A stretch of 32,176 bases of DNA from a virus. Taxonomy: Duplodnaviria > Caudoviricetes. Made by a program: the position numbers and the translations under genes. The stretch lies in IMG/VR virus record IMGVR_UViG_3300007974_000007, positions 1-32,176 of that record, one strand, 5' to 3'. The notes beneath the pieces are model-generated. The model was not told the DNA's origin and ran no database searches. It saw nothing but the letters and a program-made list of their open reading frames with translations. Of this stretch, positions 1-6,592 are shown in pieces; positions within the stretch are counted from its first letter, which is position 1; every line of letters starts with the position of its first letter.

Positions 1-313
1 CAGAAAACTTTAAATCTGTCTCAGCCATTCTAGCAGCTTGATTCTGCATGACTAGCACTAGATTTTCTACTCCGGCTTCATCTCTTACTACAGACCAACA
101 GCCAGTCCACTTCTCTGCCCATTCTTCCTGTAGTAAGTTTTGTTTCCCTTTGGGTTGCTTAACCTCCACCAACCACGTGACACCTTGCTTTGCCACTAGT
201 AAGTCAGGCACACCCTTGCCCATCGCTGCTAGGGATAACACCGAACAACCCCGCGCCCGAAAATGCTCGACCATTAGGGCATGGTTACTATCAACTTTCG
301 CGGCTCTACGCAT
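1..313 (-). CDS. VRR-NUC / PD-(D/E)XK nuclease (Holliday-junction resolvase-like), runs off the window start
   Basis: Not in the ORF track. Manual translation from ATG at 313: MRRAAKVDSNHALMVEHFRARGCSVLSLAAMGKGVPDLLVAKQGVTWLVEVKQPKGKQNLLQEEW... with GVPDL...EVK...Q..W motif and no stop before position 1. Confidence 0.85.
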   Translation of the reverse strand, partial: MRRAAKVDSNHALMVEHFRARGCSVLSLAAMGKGVPDLLVAKQGVTWLVEVKQPKGKQNLLQEEWAEKWTGCWSVVRDEAGVENLVLVMQNQAARMAETDLKFS

Positions 314-590
314 TCAACAAATCTTTCGTCTGTTGTAACAACTGTTGCTCTGTCCCATAACGCTTCTCAAAAGCCTTGCGCCAAGGGTGTCGGCTCACAT
401 ATTCCGGCGTATTGCGTCCACTTCTGTGATGAGTCGGACACAGGCATATCACAAACATTTCACCCGCCCGTTTGCTGCCACTCAAAACGTGGTGGATATC
501 GCCGTCGGAATGTTCCCCGTGAAACAATCGGCAAACAATACAACCCAAATCCCTGACCTTGGCGTGCCACTCTTGCTCAAGTTTTGTCAA
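306..590 (-). CDS. Ref-like / DUF968-like Zn-binding HNH nuclease
   Basis: GCIVC...DIHHV...ICLCPTHHR motif; lies between NinB and the resolvase as in lambdoid nin regions. Confidence 0.75.
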   Translation of the reverse strand: MTKLEQEWHAKVRDLGCIVCRLFHGEHSDGDIHHVLSGSKRAGEMFVICLCPTHHRSGRNTPEYVSRHPWRKAFEKRYGTEQQLLQQTKDLLNA

Positions 591-879
591 CGTCTACCCC
601 TAGCGCAACCGAAGCATGATTCAGCCAGTCTAGCCATTCACTAAACTTTTCTCGTTCATATTCGCTGGTTCGTCTACCTAGCATCACAATGCCCCCATAA
701 AGCCCCGGAGCGAGTCTAGGAGCGACTTCGCCCTCGTAGGTAGCTGTGAGTATGTCCTTCCAGTCGTTTTCGTGCAGGAACGTCTTTTGACCGTTTATCA
801 GCCATTCTTTCTGTTTTGACCAAGCCTTGAGGATTCGCCATTGCGCCGCGTTTTGTTCAACGGTGCGCTTAGTATTCAT
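577..879 (-). CDS. ninB: NinB (lambda Orf)-family recombination protein
   Basis: RT.EQNA..W, E.WKD.LTA, APGL.GG.V.LG..TS, FSE.L motifs. Confidence 0.85.
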   Translation of the reverse strand: MNTKRTVEQNAAQWRILKAWSKQKEWLINGQKTFLHENDWKDILTATYEGEVAPRLAPGLYGGIVMLGRRTSEYEREKFSEWLDWLNHASVALGVDVDKT

Positions 880-1279
880 AGTTAATTGTTGTTCTGTTGA
901 CTTGCAGCACCTTTGCGCCGTTGCGTAGATGAAAGTCTCGCGCCATGTCAGTCTTGGGTGACATCGTGATCACTCTATCTTCCCGATACCTTGCAAGAAC
1001 GGATCGCACAAGTTTCTGCCCACAACCTTTTTCGTAACTCCAAATGGAATACAAGATAACTTTCATACCATCTTGGTTGTAGTTTTCAACTTGCAATAAT
1101 TCACGCTCAGTTTTTGGGATGTTGTGCCTGTACGAACAGCAAACGACCGCGCCTATGCGTTGTTCCTCAAGCCACATATAAACACGACTAAACGGGCTAA
1201 CTTTGCGCTGCGGGCTGATCTTTGGGCGCACAGGATCATCGCGCAGGATTGGGTCAGGTTCTAGTAGTCGGACTAGCAT
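869..1279 (-). CDS. Hypothetical protein, possible GNAT-like fold
   Basis: Overlaps both neighbours. YSIWSYEKGCGQKLV and TMSPKTDMARDFHLRNGA resemble GNAT motifs A and B. Confidence 0.5.
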   Translation of the reverse strand: MLVRLLEPDPILRDDPVRPKISPQRKVSPFSRVYMWLEEQRIGAVVCCSYRHNIPKTERELLQVENYNQDGMKVILYSIWSYEKGCGQKLVRSVLARYREDRVITMSPKTDMARDFHLRNGAKVLQVNRTTINYEY

Positions 1280-1758
1280 CCGTTCTTCTCCCGCAGCTTG
1301 GCTTCTATAGATTGGGCAAATTCTTCAACGTTATCGACATAACCAAAGCTGCACTGACAACCTTCAACCAATAGGAAATTTAGTCGGTCAATTTCCTCCT
1401 CCGTCAGCCCAACCCATTTGCGCTGTGGTGTGTTTTTACCGTCATGAAATCCACTCATGTAAGCAATAGTCAAATCATCAGGTTCTTGCTCCGGCTTGGG
1501 ATGTGGTGCAGTAATTTCGACCGGAACAATTTTGTATATAAATTTTTCAGGCCATTTACTATTTTGTGCAGTAGCCGCCAACAATGTTTCTTTCAACGCT
1601 TGTTCAGTTTCTTCATAGCTTTCAAACAAAGTTGCTCTGCCGCGCCGCAGTAACATTTCTGAATCTGTCTCATTTGGATAACCGTAAGACATGGTCTCCG
1701 AAGTCTTGTCCTGCGTTGCCTTTGCTTCAATCAGGATGATGTAGCCGATGGTTTTCAT
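1273..1758 (-). CDS. Hypothetical modular nin-region protein
   Basis: Start moved to 1758 (MKTIGY) for ATGA overlap with the upstream stop. C-terminal PQRKWVGLTEEEI...FAQSIEAKLREKN segment is typical of modular phage accessory proteins. Confidence 0.6.
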   Translation of the reverse strand: MKTIGYIILIEAKATQDKTSETMSYGYPNETDSEMLLRRGRATLFESYEETEQALKETLLAATAQNSKWPEKFIYKIVPVEITAPHPKPEQEPDDLTIAYMSGFHDGKNTPQRKWVGLTEEEIDRLNFLLVEGCQCSFGYVDNVEEFAQSIEAKLREKNGC

Positions 1759-2051
1759 TTCCGCACCCATACGCGGCACATACGACCGCTCGCGCCTTTC
1801 TTTTTGCCATCGGTGTAAACCAAGTCCATACGTTCCAACTCGCTCATGCGCCTCGCTACGGCGTTGTGGTCGAGATCAGTACGGTCGGCGATGTCATAGA
1901 TCGTGCCGGGTGTCTCCAACGCCATCCAAATAATCAGGTGGTGCTTTGCGGCCATATCTTTAGCCTGATCCGCAGCCGCATGGCTGGTATCGGGATCGGT
2001 GGCACGCACACGGGGAAATTGCAAGTTTGGAAAGAATCTATCTAGCATCAT
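1755..2051 (-). CDS. Winged-helix DNA-binding protein
   Basis: RATDPDTSHAAA followed by TIYDIADRTDLDHNAVARRMSELERMDLV (HTH) and a wing ending in RVW. Start 2051 gives an ATGA overlap. Confidence 0.7.
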   Translation of the reverse strand: MMLDRFFPNLQFPRVRATDPDTSHAAADQAKDMAAKHHLIIWMALETPGTIYDIADRTDLDHNAVARRMSELERMDLVYTDGKKKGASGRMCRVWVRK

Positions 2052-2224
2052 TTTTTTGTCCATTCATAGAAAAGGTTGTTTTCATGTGCCCTCACTTCTA
2101 CTACTTGAAACTCAGCAGAAAAAGCCCTCACGATCGCTGCTGACTCAGGCATAGCTGCTGCCCGTTCTTCTCGCGTCATACCTTGCACGCGCACTGCCTT
2201 TGCTACCCTATCCTGCCACTTCAT
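2048..2224 (-). CDS. Small hypothetical protein (58 aa)
   Basis: Manual translation MKWQDRVAKAVRVQGMTREERAAAMPESAAIVRAFSAEFQVVEVRAHENNLFYEWTKK; fills the operon gap with overlaps on both sides. Confidence 0.6.
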   Translation of the reverse strand: MKWQDRVAKAVRVQGMTREERAAAMPESAAIVRAFSAEFQVVEVRAHENNLFYEWTKK

Positions 2225-2351
2225 TTTGTTTCTCTACATCTTTCCGGGCTTCCATCTCCCGAATATCCATCGCTGCATCTGCCACGCCATGCCAATCGCC
2301 TTGACGAACTTTCAGCAGGAGGTACGCCTGCATAATTTCAAGATCGGTCAT
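2208..2351 (-). CDS. Small hypothetical protein (47 aa)
   Basis: Manual translation MTDLEIMQAYLLLKVRQGDWHGVADAAMDIREMEARKDVEKQNEVAG; ATGA overlap with the P-like gene stop. Confidence 0.65.
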   Translation of the reverse strand: MTDLEIMQAYLLLKVRQGDWHGVADAAMDIREMEARKDVEKQNEVAG

Positions 2352-2716
2352 TGTTCTGCCTGTTTGTTTTTCATGCCATCAAGAATCGCTTTGATTTTAG
2401 CTTTGTTGCGAACAATCTCCTCCGGCGTAATCTTGGCCTCCAACATAATCGGCGGTGTCCAATGTGACCGGCACAATTCCACAAACTGAGGCAGCGTCGG
2501 CGGTTCAAGTGGCAGGCTGTCCAAAGCCCGCTTGATGGTGTCAGGGCGCTGATTTGCCAGCTTCTCAGCCCATATTTGCATAGCGTTGACTATCCCCACG
2601 TCCTCGCCATCAACTACCTGTCCCGCCATCCACATCCGTAGCCACTTCGATCCGTAATTGGCGTGCATTACCTGAAATATTTTCTTGATCCACGCATCCG
2701 GTAACTTCTCTTTCAT
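2348..2716 (-). CDS. Replication protein P-like helicase loader
   Basis: Directly follows the initiator. IF..M...YG..W, W...LA and PPTLPQFVELCR motifs; GGAGGGG RBS upstream. Confidence 0.7.
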   Translation of the reverse strand: MKEKLPDAWIKKIFQVMHANYGSKWLRMWMAGQVVDGEDVGIVNAMQIWAEKLANQRPDTIKRALDSLPLEPPTLPQFVELCRSHWTPPIMLEAKITPEEIVRNKAKIKAILDGMKNKQAEQ

Positions 2717-3395
2717 GTCTTACCCCTCCAAAAATTGATGATCCAGTGGTCGTTAAAGAATCGTGGTAATTGCCTTTTTTAGTTAGCCACTCAGCTTTAA
2801 ACCCAGTCCAGCCCCTTGCACACATTTCTTGCAAAGCTGCCTGTAGTGTTAAGCCAGCTTTCTGTGCCTCACGCTGTATCCCTTGCATAGCCGTCTTTGT
2901 GACTGTCGCCCGCTTAGTCTTTCTAAGCGAGAGAAAATCTTTCCATACGGATTCTGATACGCCTTCAGGCGGTGTATTTATTACTGGTGACTGGTGTTTG
3001 GTGACTGGTGACTGGTGAGCATTGCCTTCGCTATGCGTTCGCATTGCGTTTGCATTGCCATCGGACTGCGTTGGCACTTTGCTCCAACGTGCGTTTGCAC
3101 TATGACGGGCCTTGTCTTGCTTCTCACGAAACCGAGCAATTTCCTGATCGCACCTTTTGTTGTGCCAATGCCCATCTTCCAAGAAAAAAAACTCCGCGAG
3201 CACCACATCAACCGCTTTTCGTTCCTCGCGGGTGCGGCAACCTATCAACCTTTGTATAGCTGAAACGTCACCCGGCAACGGGCTTTCCTCGGCATAGTAT
3301 TTTCGGATCATCCGCAGATATGCGGTATCCTCAAGAAAAGTAAGGTGCGCGGTTGCTTGCGCGTAGTCGCCTAAGTGGTGCTCGTAGTAGTTCAT
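2610..3395 (-). CDS. DUF1376/YdaU-family replication initiator (lambda O-like)
   Basis: Likely start MNYYEHHLGDY..ATAHLTFLE..AYLR....YY..E..LP at 3395. Repeat-rich linker, then C-terminal W.DF...RK.K....T..A...RGWTGFKAEW domain. Confidence 0.85.
   Translation of the reverse strand: MNYYEHHLGDYAQATAHLTFLEDTAYLRMIRKYYAEESPLPGDVSAIQRLIGCRTREERKAVDVVLAEFFFLEDGHWHNKRCDQEIARFREKQDKARHSANARWSKVPTQSDGNANAMRTHSEGNAHQSPVTKHQSPVINTPPEGVSESVWKDFLSLRKTKRATVTKTAMQGIQREAQKAGLTLQAALQEMCARGWTGFKAEWLTKKGNYHDSLTTTGSSIFGGVRHEREVTGCVDQENISGNARQLRIEVATDVDGGTGS
2983..3073. repeat. Two tandem-repeat tiers in the initiator linker (putative replication origin)
   Basis: Five 7-mers ACTGGTG (third is TTTGGTG) at 2983-3017. 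Five 11-mers GCATTGCCTTC, GCTATGCGTTC, GCATTGCGTTT, GCATTGCCATC, GGACTGCGTTG at 3019-3073. Adjacent AT patch TATTTATTA near 2975-2983. Confidence 0.75.
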
Positions 3396-3404
3396 AGCAT
3401 CCCT

Positions 3405-3528
3405 AAAAACAAAAACCCTCAAGTGGGGAGGCGGTTGGAAGCCTGCACAAACACAGGTTGCCATCCCCACTAGAGGATTCTTGTGCTTGTGTTCGCGCTT
3501 CCAACGCGGCCCGATATTTCTCTCGGAC
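3405..3528 (-). ncRNA. Structured cis-regulatory leader of the initiator gene (interleaved helices)
   Basis: Helix A pairs 3482-3505 with 3434-3455; helix B pairs 3464-3479 with 3414-3429. One mismatch in each helix becomes a G-U pair on the - strand. A U-rich tract follows helix B. Confidence 0.6.
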
Positions 3529-3534
3529 AAACAC

Positions 3535-3563
3535 ACAGTAAACGACTATTTTCTGTTTGTCAA
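3535..3563 (-). promoter_or_regulatory. Sigma70-type promoter for the replication operon
   Basis: On the - strand, TTGACA (3563-3558) - 17 nt - TACTGT (3540-3535), immediately after the cro stop. Confidence 0.65.
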
Positions 3564-3785
3564 CTACTGCTGCGGAACAATCTCTGCGACCAGTTCCTCA
3601 ATGGGCACGTAGTCCGCAGGATTGACCTTCAGAGAGCCGCCGGTAATGACCTCCAACTTGTATGCCATGCCCTCAGGGATTTGCCCACGCTTCGCCCACT
3701 GGCTTACTGCTTGGCTCGTAATGCCCAACGCCTCGGCTAATTTGCGACGGTTGCCAAAATGTGCTTCTGCTTGTGCGATTTTCAT
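3564..3785 (-). CDS. cro: Cro-like (YdaS/Cro family) HTH regulator
   Basis: MKIAQAEAHFGNRRKLAEALGITSQAVSQW...IPEGMAYKLEVITGGSLKV; GAGGA RBS before ATG at 3785. Confidence 0.85.
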   Translation of the reverse strand: MKIAQAEAHFGNRRKLAEALGITSQAVSQWAKRGQIPEGMAYKLEVITGGSLKVNPADYVPIEELVAEIVPQQ

Positions 3786-3804
3786 GTCGTTCCTCATAGG
3801 GTTA

Positions 3805-3851
3805 AAGATAACTTGCAAAGCATCCTAACCTGTGCAAAGCTATCTTGTCAA
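3805..3851 (-). promoter_or_regulatory. Leftward early promoter with overlapping operator-like repeats
   Basis: TTGACA (3851-3846) - 18 nt - TAGGAT (3827-3822). Imperfect inverted repeat AAGATAACTTGCA...TGCAAAGCTATCTT, and direct repeat TGCAAAGC at 3814 and 3833, flank the -10. Confidence 0.6.
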
Positions 3852-3902
3852 GCGGCATTGATTTACTTAAGAATACTTTACAATTTTCCTTTGCAACAAG
3901 TG

Positions 3903-3931
3903 TTGACTTATGCCAATTAGGTGTGTAAAGT
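3903..3931 (+). promoter_or_regulatory. Rightward early sigma70-type promoter
   Basis: TTGACT (3903-3908) - 17 nt - TAAAGT (3926-3931), upstream of the first + strand ORF. Confidence 0.65.
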
Positions 3932-3974
3932 TCGTCTTGTGGTAACCGATTGACAACAACAAAGGAGCAAACAA

Positions 3975-4166
3975 ATGAACCAAATCACTCACATTACCGA
4001 ACAATGCGGCGCACGTTGGAACGTGTTTGCAACTGATGCAAATGGAGATCGTGCAATTTGGGTGCAACTAGCACTTGGCTATAACGGCAAATCAGTAGCC
4101 AAACCAAACACTCTCGGCTTCTATGTAACAGACGTAAATGCTGCTTGCAAAGCGTTGGCTAACTAA
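3975..4166 (+). CDS. Small early hypothetical protein, cassette 1 (63 aa)
   Basis: AGGAG RBS inside repeat copy 1; stop lies just before the hairpin of copy 2. Confidence 0.7.
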   Translation: MNQITHITEQCGARWNVFATDANGDRAIWVQLALGYNGKSVAKPNTLGFYVTDVNAACKALAN

Positions 4167-4221
4167 CTAACCACAAGGGGGCGCAAGCCCCCACTAATTG
4201 ACAACAACAAAGGAGACACAA

Positions 4222-4437
4222 ATGAAAACTTATTCAAACAAATTTGCAAGCATGGAACAACAAGCAAATGGTAAATGGTTGGTTTTCAATGAAGTAACTG
4301 GTTTACCGGATTCTGAACGCGATGCAGACGACCTGCAAGATACCAGTAGGCCAATTTTCTATTCGGATTATCAGTCTGCTAGAAACCGCATGGTGGAACT
4401 CACCACCCGTTATAAATATCAAATCGCAAAATACTAA
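4222..4437 (+). CDS. Small early hypothetical protein, cassette 2 (71 aa)
   Basis: Start corrected to ATG at 4222 (MKTYSNKF), after the RBS in repeat copy 2. Confidence 0.72.
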   Translation: MKTYSNKFASMEQQANGKWLVFNEVTGLPDSERDADDLQDTSRPIFYSDYQSARNRMVELTTRYKYQIAKY

Positions 4438-4490
4438 TTAAACAGGGGGGCGCAAGCCCCCGCTAATTGACAACAACAAGGAGCAACAAC

Positions 4491-4760
4491 ATGACTACTA
4501 CTCAAGAGCTTGTAAAGATCAAATATCAATCTAGCGTCAAGACACCCGCCGGATGGCGCAGCGTGCAGATCGTAGCTGCTGCTGAACGAGTATCGGATGC
4601 AATGGCGCAGGTCAAAGAAGTGCTGCTTATTGACGGTGAAACCCCCAATTATCAACAGTCACGCACTGGCGCAAAACGCCAAGAATTCAACGGCAAGTAT
4701 TTTGCAACTCAGCAGATCGGCGCAAAAAAACGCATCGCTACTTGCGAACTGCTTGCGTAA
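4491..4760 (+). CDS. Small early hypothetical protein, cassette 3 (89 aa)
   Basis: Start corrected to ATG at 4491 (MTTTQELVKIKY), after the RBS in repeat copy 3. Confidence 0.75.
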   Translation: MTTTQELVKIKYQSSVKTPAGWRSVQIVAAAERVSDAMAQVKEVLLIDGETPNYQQSRTGAKRQEFNGKYFATQQIGAKKRIATCELLA

Positions 4761-4788
4761 CAATAATTGACAACAACAGGAGACATCT

Positions 4789-5076
4789 ATGAACCTCTGC
4801 AAAAATTGCGCTCACTACAAGAAAAACGCCGACAACGTTGAAGCAAGCGAATGCACCCGCAAGCCGCAGTTCTCACCCATCAGCGGGCACGTGCTGCCGA
4901 CGTTCTGCAACCTTGAGCGTGCAGCTTGGGGAACGTGCAAGCCCGAGGGCGCTCACTTCAAGCCACGCGAACTTACGATGACTGAGTCAGAACTAGATCA
5001 CGAGTGGGCGCGACGCATGAGCCGTGGCGAATACGACTACGACATTTTCTGCCGTCGATTGGTGGCTGGATCATGA
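4789..5076 (+). CDS. Cys-rich (putative Zn-binding) early protein
   Basis: CKNCAHY...C...C..ER.....C.PEG..F pattern; RBS in repeat copy 4. Confidence 0.75.
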   Translation: MNLCKNCAHYKKNADNVEASECTRKPQFSPISGHVLPTFCNLERAAWGTCKPEGAHFKPRELTMTESELDHEWARRMSRGEYDYDIFCRRLVAGS

Positions 5077-5147
5077 ACGGCGACCGCGCAGTAGCAATCG
5101 GCTTCACCTTACTTTTTTTACTTATTATCACGGGGGTAATAGCATGA
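5073..5147 (+). CDS. 24-aa hydrophobic micropeptide
   Basis: MNGDRAVAIGFTLLFLLIITGVIA; ATGA overlap at both ends. Confidence 0.6.
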   Translation: MNGDRAVAIGFTLLFLLIITGVIA

Positions 5148-5731
5148 ACAAATCAGAAAGCATCACCAACCTAGCCACCGCGCTTGCAATGGCGCAGATG
5201 AACATCAAGGGCGCAATCAAAGACAGCGCCAATCCTTTCTTCAAATCCAAATACGCCGACCTGTCCTCGGTGGTCGAAGCCATCCGTCCTGCATTCGGTC
5301 AATGCGGACTAAGCTACATTCAGCGGGTTGAGCCGTCCGATAGGGACGAAGTGCGCGTCGAGACGATCTTGCTCCATGCATCCGGTGAGTGGCTCTCTTG
5401 TGGGGTGCTTAACTTGCCGGTCAGCAAGGTTGATGCCCAAGGCTACGGTAGTGCTTTGACGTATGCCCGCAGGTATAGCCTTGCCGCTGCCTGCGGTGTC
5501 GCCCCCGAGGACGACGACGGCAATGCGGCAAGCGGTAAGAATGCCCCTCAGAAACGCTTAGATTCGCTCAACACGCACTTGGACGCTATCGCCGCAGTTA
5601 CCACACAGGACGCGCTAAAAACGGCTTATACGCTTGCCTACAAAGCCGCCAAGGAAGTCAACGACACCGAGGCCATGACAGCAATCGTCGCTGCCAAAAA
5701 TTCCCGCAAGGCAGAACTGGAGGAAGCATGA
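5144..5731 (+). CDS. erf: ERF-family single-strand annealing protein
   Basis: KDSANPFFKSKYADL...GSALTYARRYSL.A..GVAPEDDDG signature; start MNKSESI at 5144. Confidence 0.93.
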   Translation: MNKSESITNLATALAMAQMNIKGAIKDSANPFFKSKYADLSSVVEAIRPAFGQCGLSYIQRVEPSDRDEVRVETILLHASGEWLSCGVLNLPVSKVDAQGYGSALTYARRYSLAAACGVAPEDDDGNAASGKNAPQKRLDSLNTHLDAIAAVTTQDALKTAYTLAYKAAKEVNDTEAMTAIVAAKNSRKAELEEA

Positions 5732-6342
5732 AAGTTTTGTCAATGCCGCAGGGCAGTCCTGAGTGGCTTGCAGCCCGCGCCGGTAAGGTTACGGCCTCAA
5801 GGATCAACGATGTGATGGCGGCTAAGACCACCGCAGCCTATCGGGACTACCGGGCGCAGATCGTGGCTGAGATTCTTACAGGTCAGCCGCAGGAGTCCGG
5901 TTTCACAAATGCGGCTATGCAATGGGGGACTGAGCAAGAAAAATTCGCCCGCGCTGAATACGAAATGTTTTGCGCTTGGACGGTCGACGAAGTGGGGCTA
6001 GTCATACATCCAACGATTGAACAGGGCGCGGCTAGTCCCGACGGCTTAGTGTCTACCGATGGGCTGGTGGAAATCAAGTGTCCCAAGACTTCCACGCACC
6101 TGCAAACGTTGGTGGACAAGAAACAGCCTCGTCAGTATGAAAATCAGATGCTGTGGCAGATGGCTTGCACAGGTCGGGAATGGTGCGACTTTGTGTCATA
6201 CGATCCGCGACTGCCCGAAGATTTGCAGTTGTTTGTGCATAGATTCGACCGCGATCAAGAACGTATTGACGCGATTGAAGAGGCAGTAAAGCAGTTTTTG
6301 ATTGAAGTAAATGAAATGATTGACAACATCAAAGGAAAATGA
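5728..6342 (+). CDS. YqaJ / lambda-exonuclease family recombination nuclease
   Basis: QGSPEWLAARAGKVTAS, MQWGTEQE, ASPDGL, VEIKCP and Y..QM.WQM motifs. Confidence 0.93.
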   Translation: MKVLSMPQGSPEWLAARAGKVTASRINDVMAAKTTAAYRDYRAQIVAEILTGQPQESGFTNAAMQWGTEQEKFARAEYEMFCAWTVDEVGLVIHPTIEQGAASPDGLVSTDGLVEIKCPKTSTHLQTLVDKKQPRQYENQMLWQMACTGREWCDFVSYDPRLPEDLQLFVHRFDRDQERIDAIEEAVKQFLIEVNEMIDNIKGK

Positions 6343-6343
6343 A

Positions 6344-6592
6344 ATGGCTTACATACCGAAACCCGGTTCTTTCACTCTGTTCAAGAACGACAAAAAGCAA
6401 ACCGAAACGCACCCTGATTACAGGGGTGATGGAATGGACATGAACGGCGAACCTGTGTGGGTTAGCGCGTGGATTCGTGAGGGCGCAAAAGGCAAATTTA
6501 TGTCTTGCTCTATGCAGCATAAAAATCAAGATCAGCCGGTAAAGAAAAAGGCTGGCGATATGTCGGATTTGGATAACGACATTCCGTTCTGA
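6344..6592 (+). CDS. Small phage single-stranded DNA-binding protein
   Basis: LFKND.K....HPDYRG...VSAW pattern with acidic DLDNDIPF tail; follows ERF and exonuclease; start MAYIPK at 6344. Confidence 0.75.
   Translation: MAYIPKPGSFTLFKNDKKQTETHPDYRGDGMDMNGEPVWVSAWIREGAKGKFMSCSMQHKNQDQPVKKKAGDMSDLDNDIPF

Larger units (their letters stand above)
3949..4782 (+). repeat. Dispersed start-associated repeat ATTGACAACAAC(A)1-3GGAG, four copies, two preceded by a GGGGGC-GCAA-GCCCCC hairpin
   Basis: Copies at 3949-3967, 4177-4215 (with hairpin), 4446-4483 (with hairpin) and 4764-4782. Each ends 6-7 nt before an ATG. Confidence 0.92.

Noticed and set aside
3396-3536. 47-aa N-terminal extension of the initiator given by the ORF track
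   Set aside because: The family-typical start is MNYY at 3395. The extension overlaps the predicted promoter and the structured leader.
4177-4192. GGGGGCGCAAGCCCCC hairpins as intrinsic terminators
   Set aside because: No U-tract follows on the + strand, and they sit inside an apparently continuous operon. Weak termination on the - strand cannot be excluded.
4198-4226. TTGACA in the repeat read as a -35 promoter box, and TTG starts at 4198, 4467 and 6320 in the ORF track
   Set aside because: No credible -10 lies 16-18 nt downstream (it would fall on the start codon). The TTG starts lie upstream of the RBS, so the downstream ATGs are preferred.
3949-4782. Repeat array read as a CRISPR array or as integron attC cassettes
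   Set aside because: The intervals are 250-300 bp ORFs rather than 30-40 bp spacers. There are no cas genes, no integron integrase and no RYYYAAC/GTTRRRY ends.
5024-5143. 40-aa N-terminal extension of ERF from GTG at 5024
   Set aside because: ERF-like sequence begins at MNKSESI (5144), which has its own RBS and an ATGA overlap.
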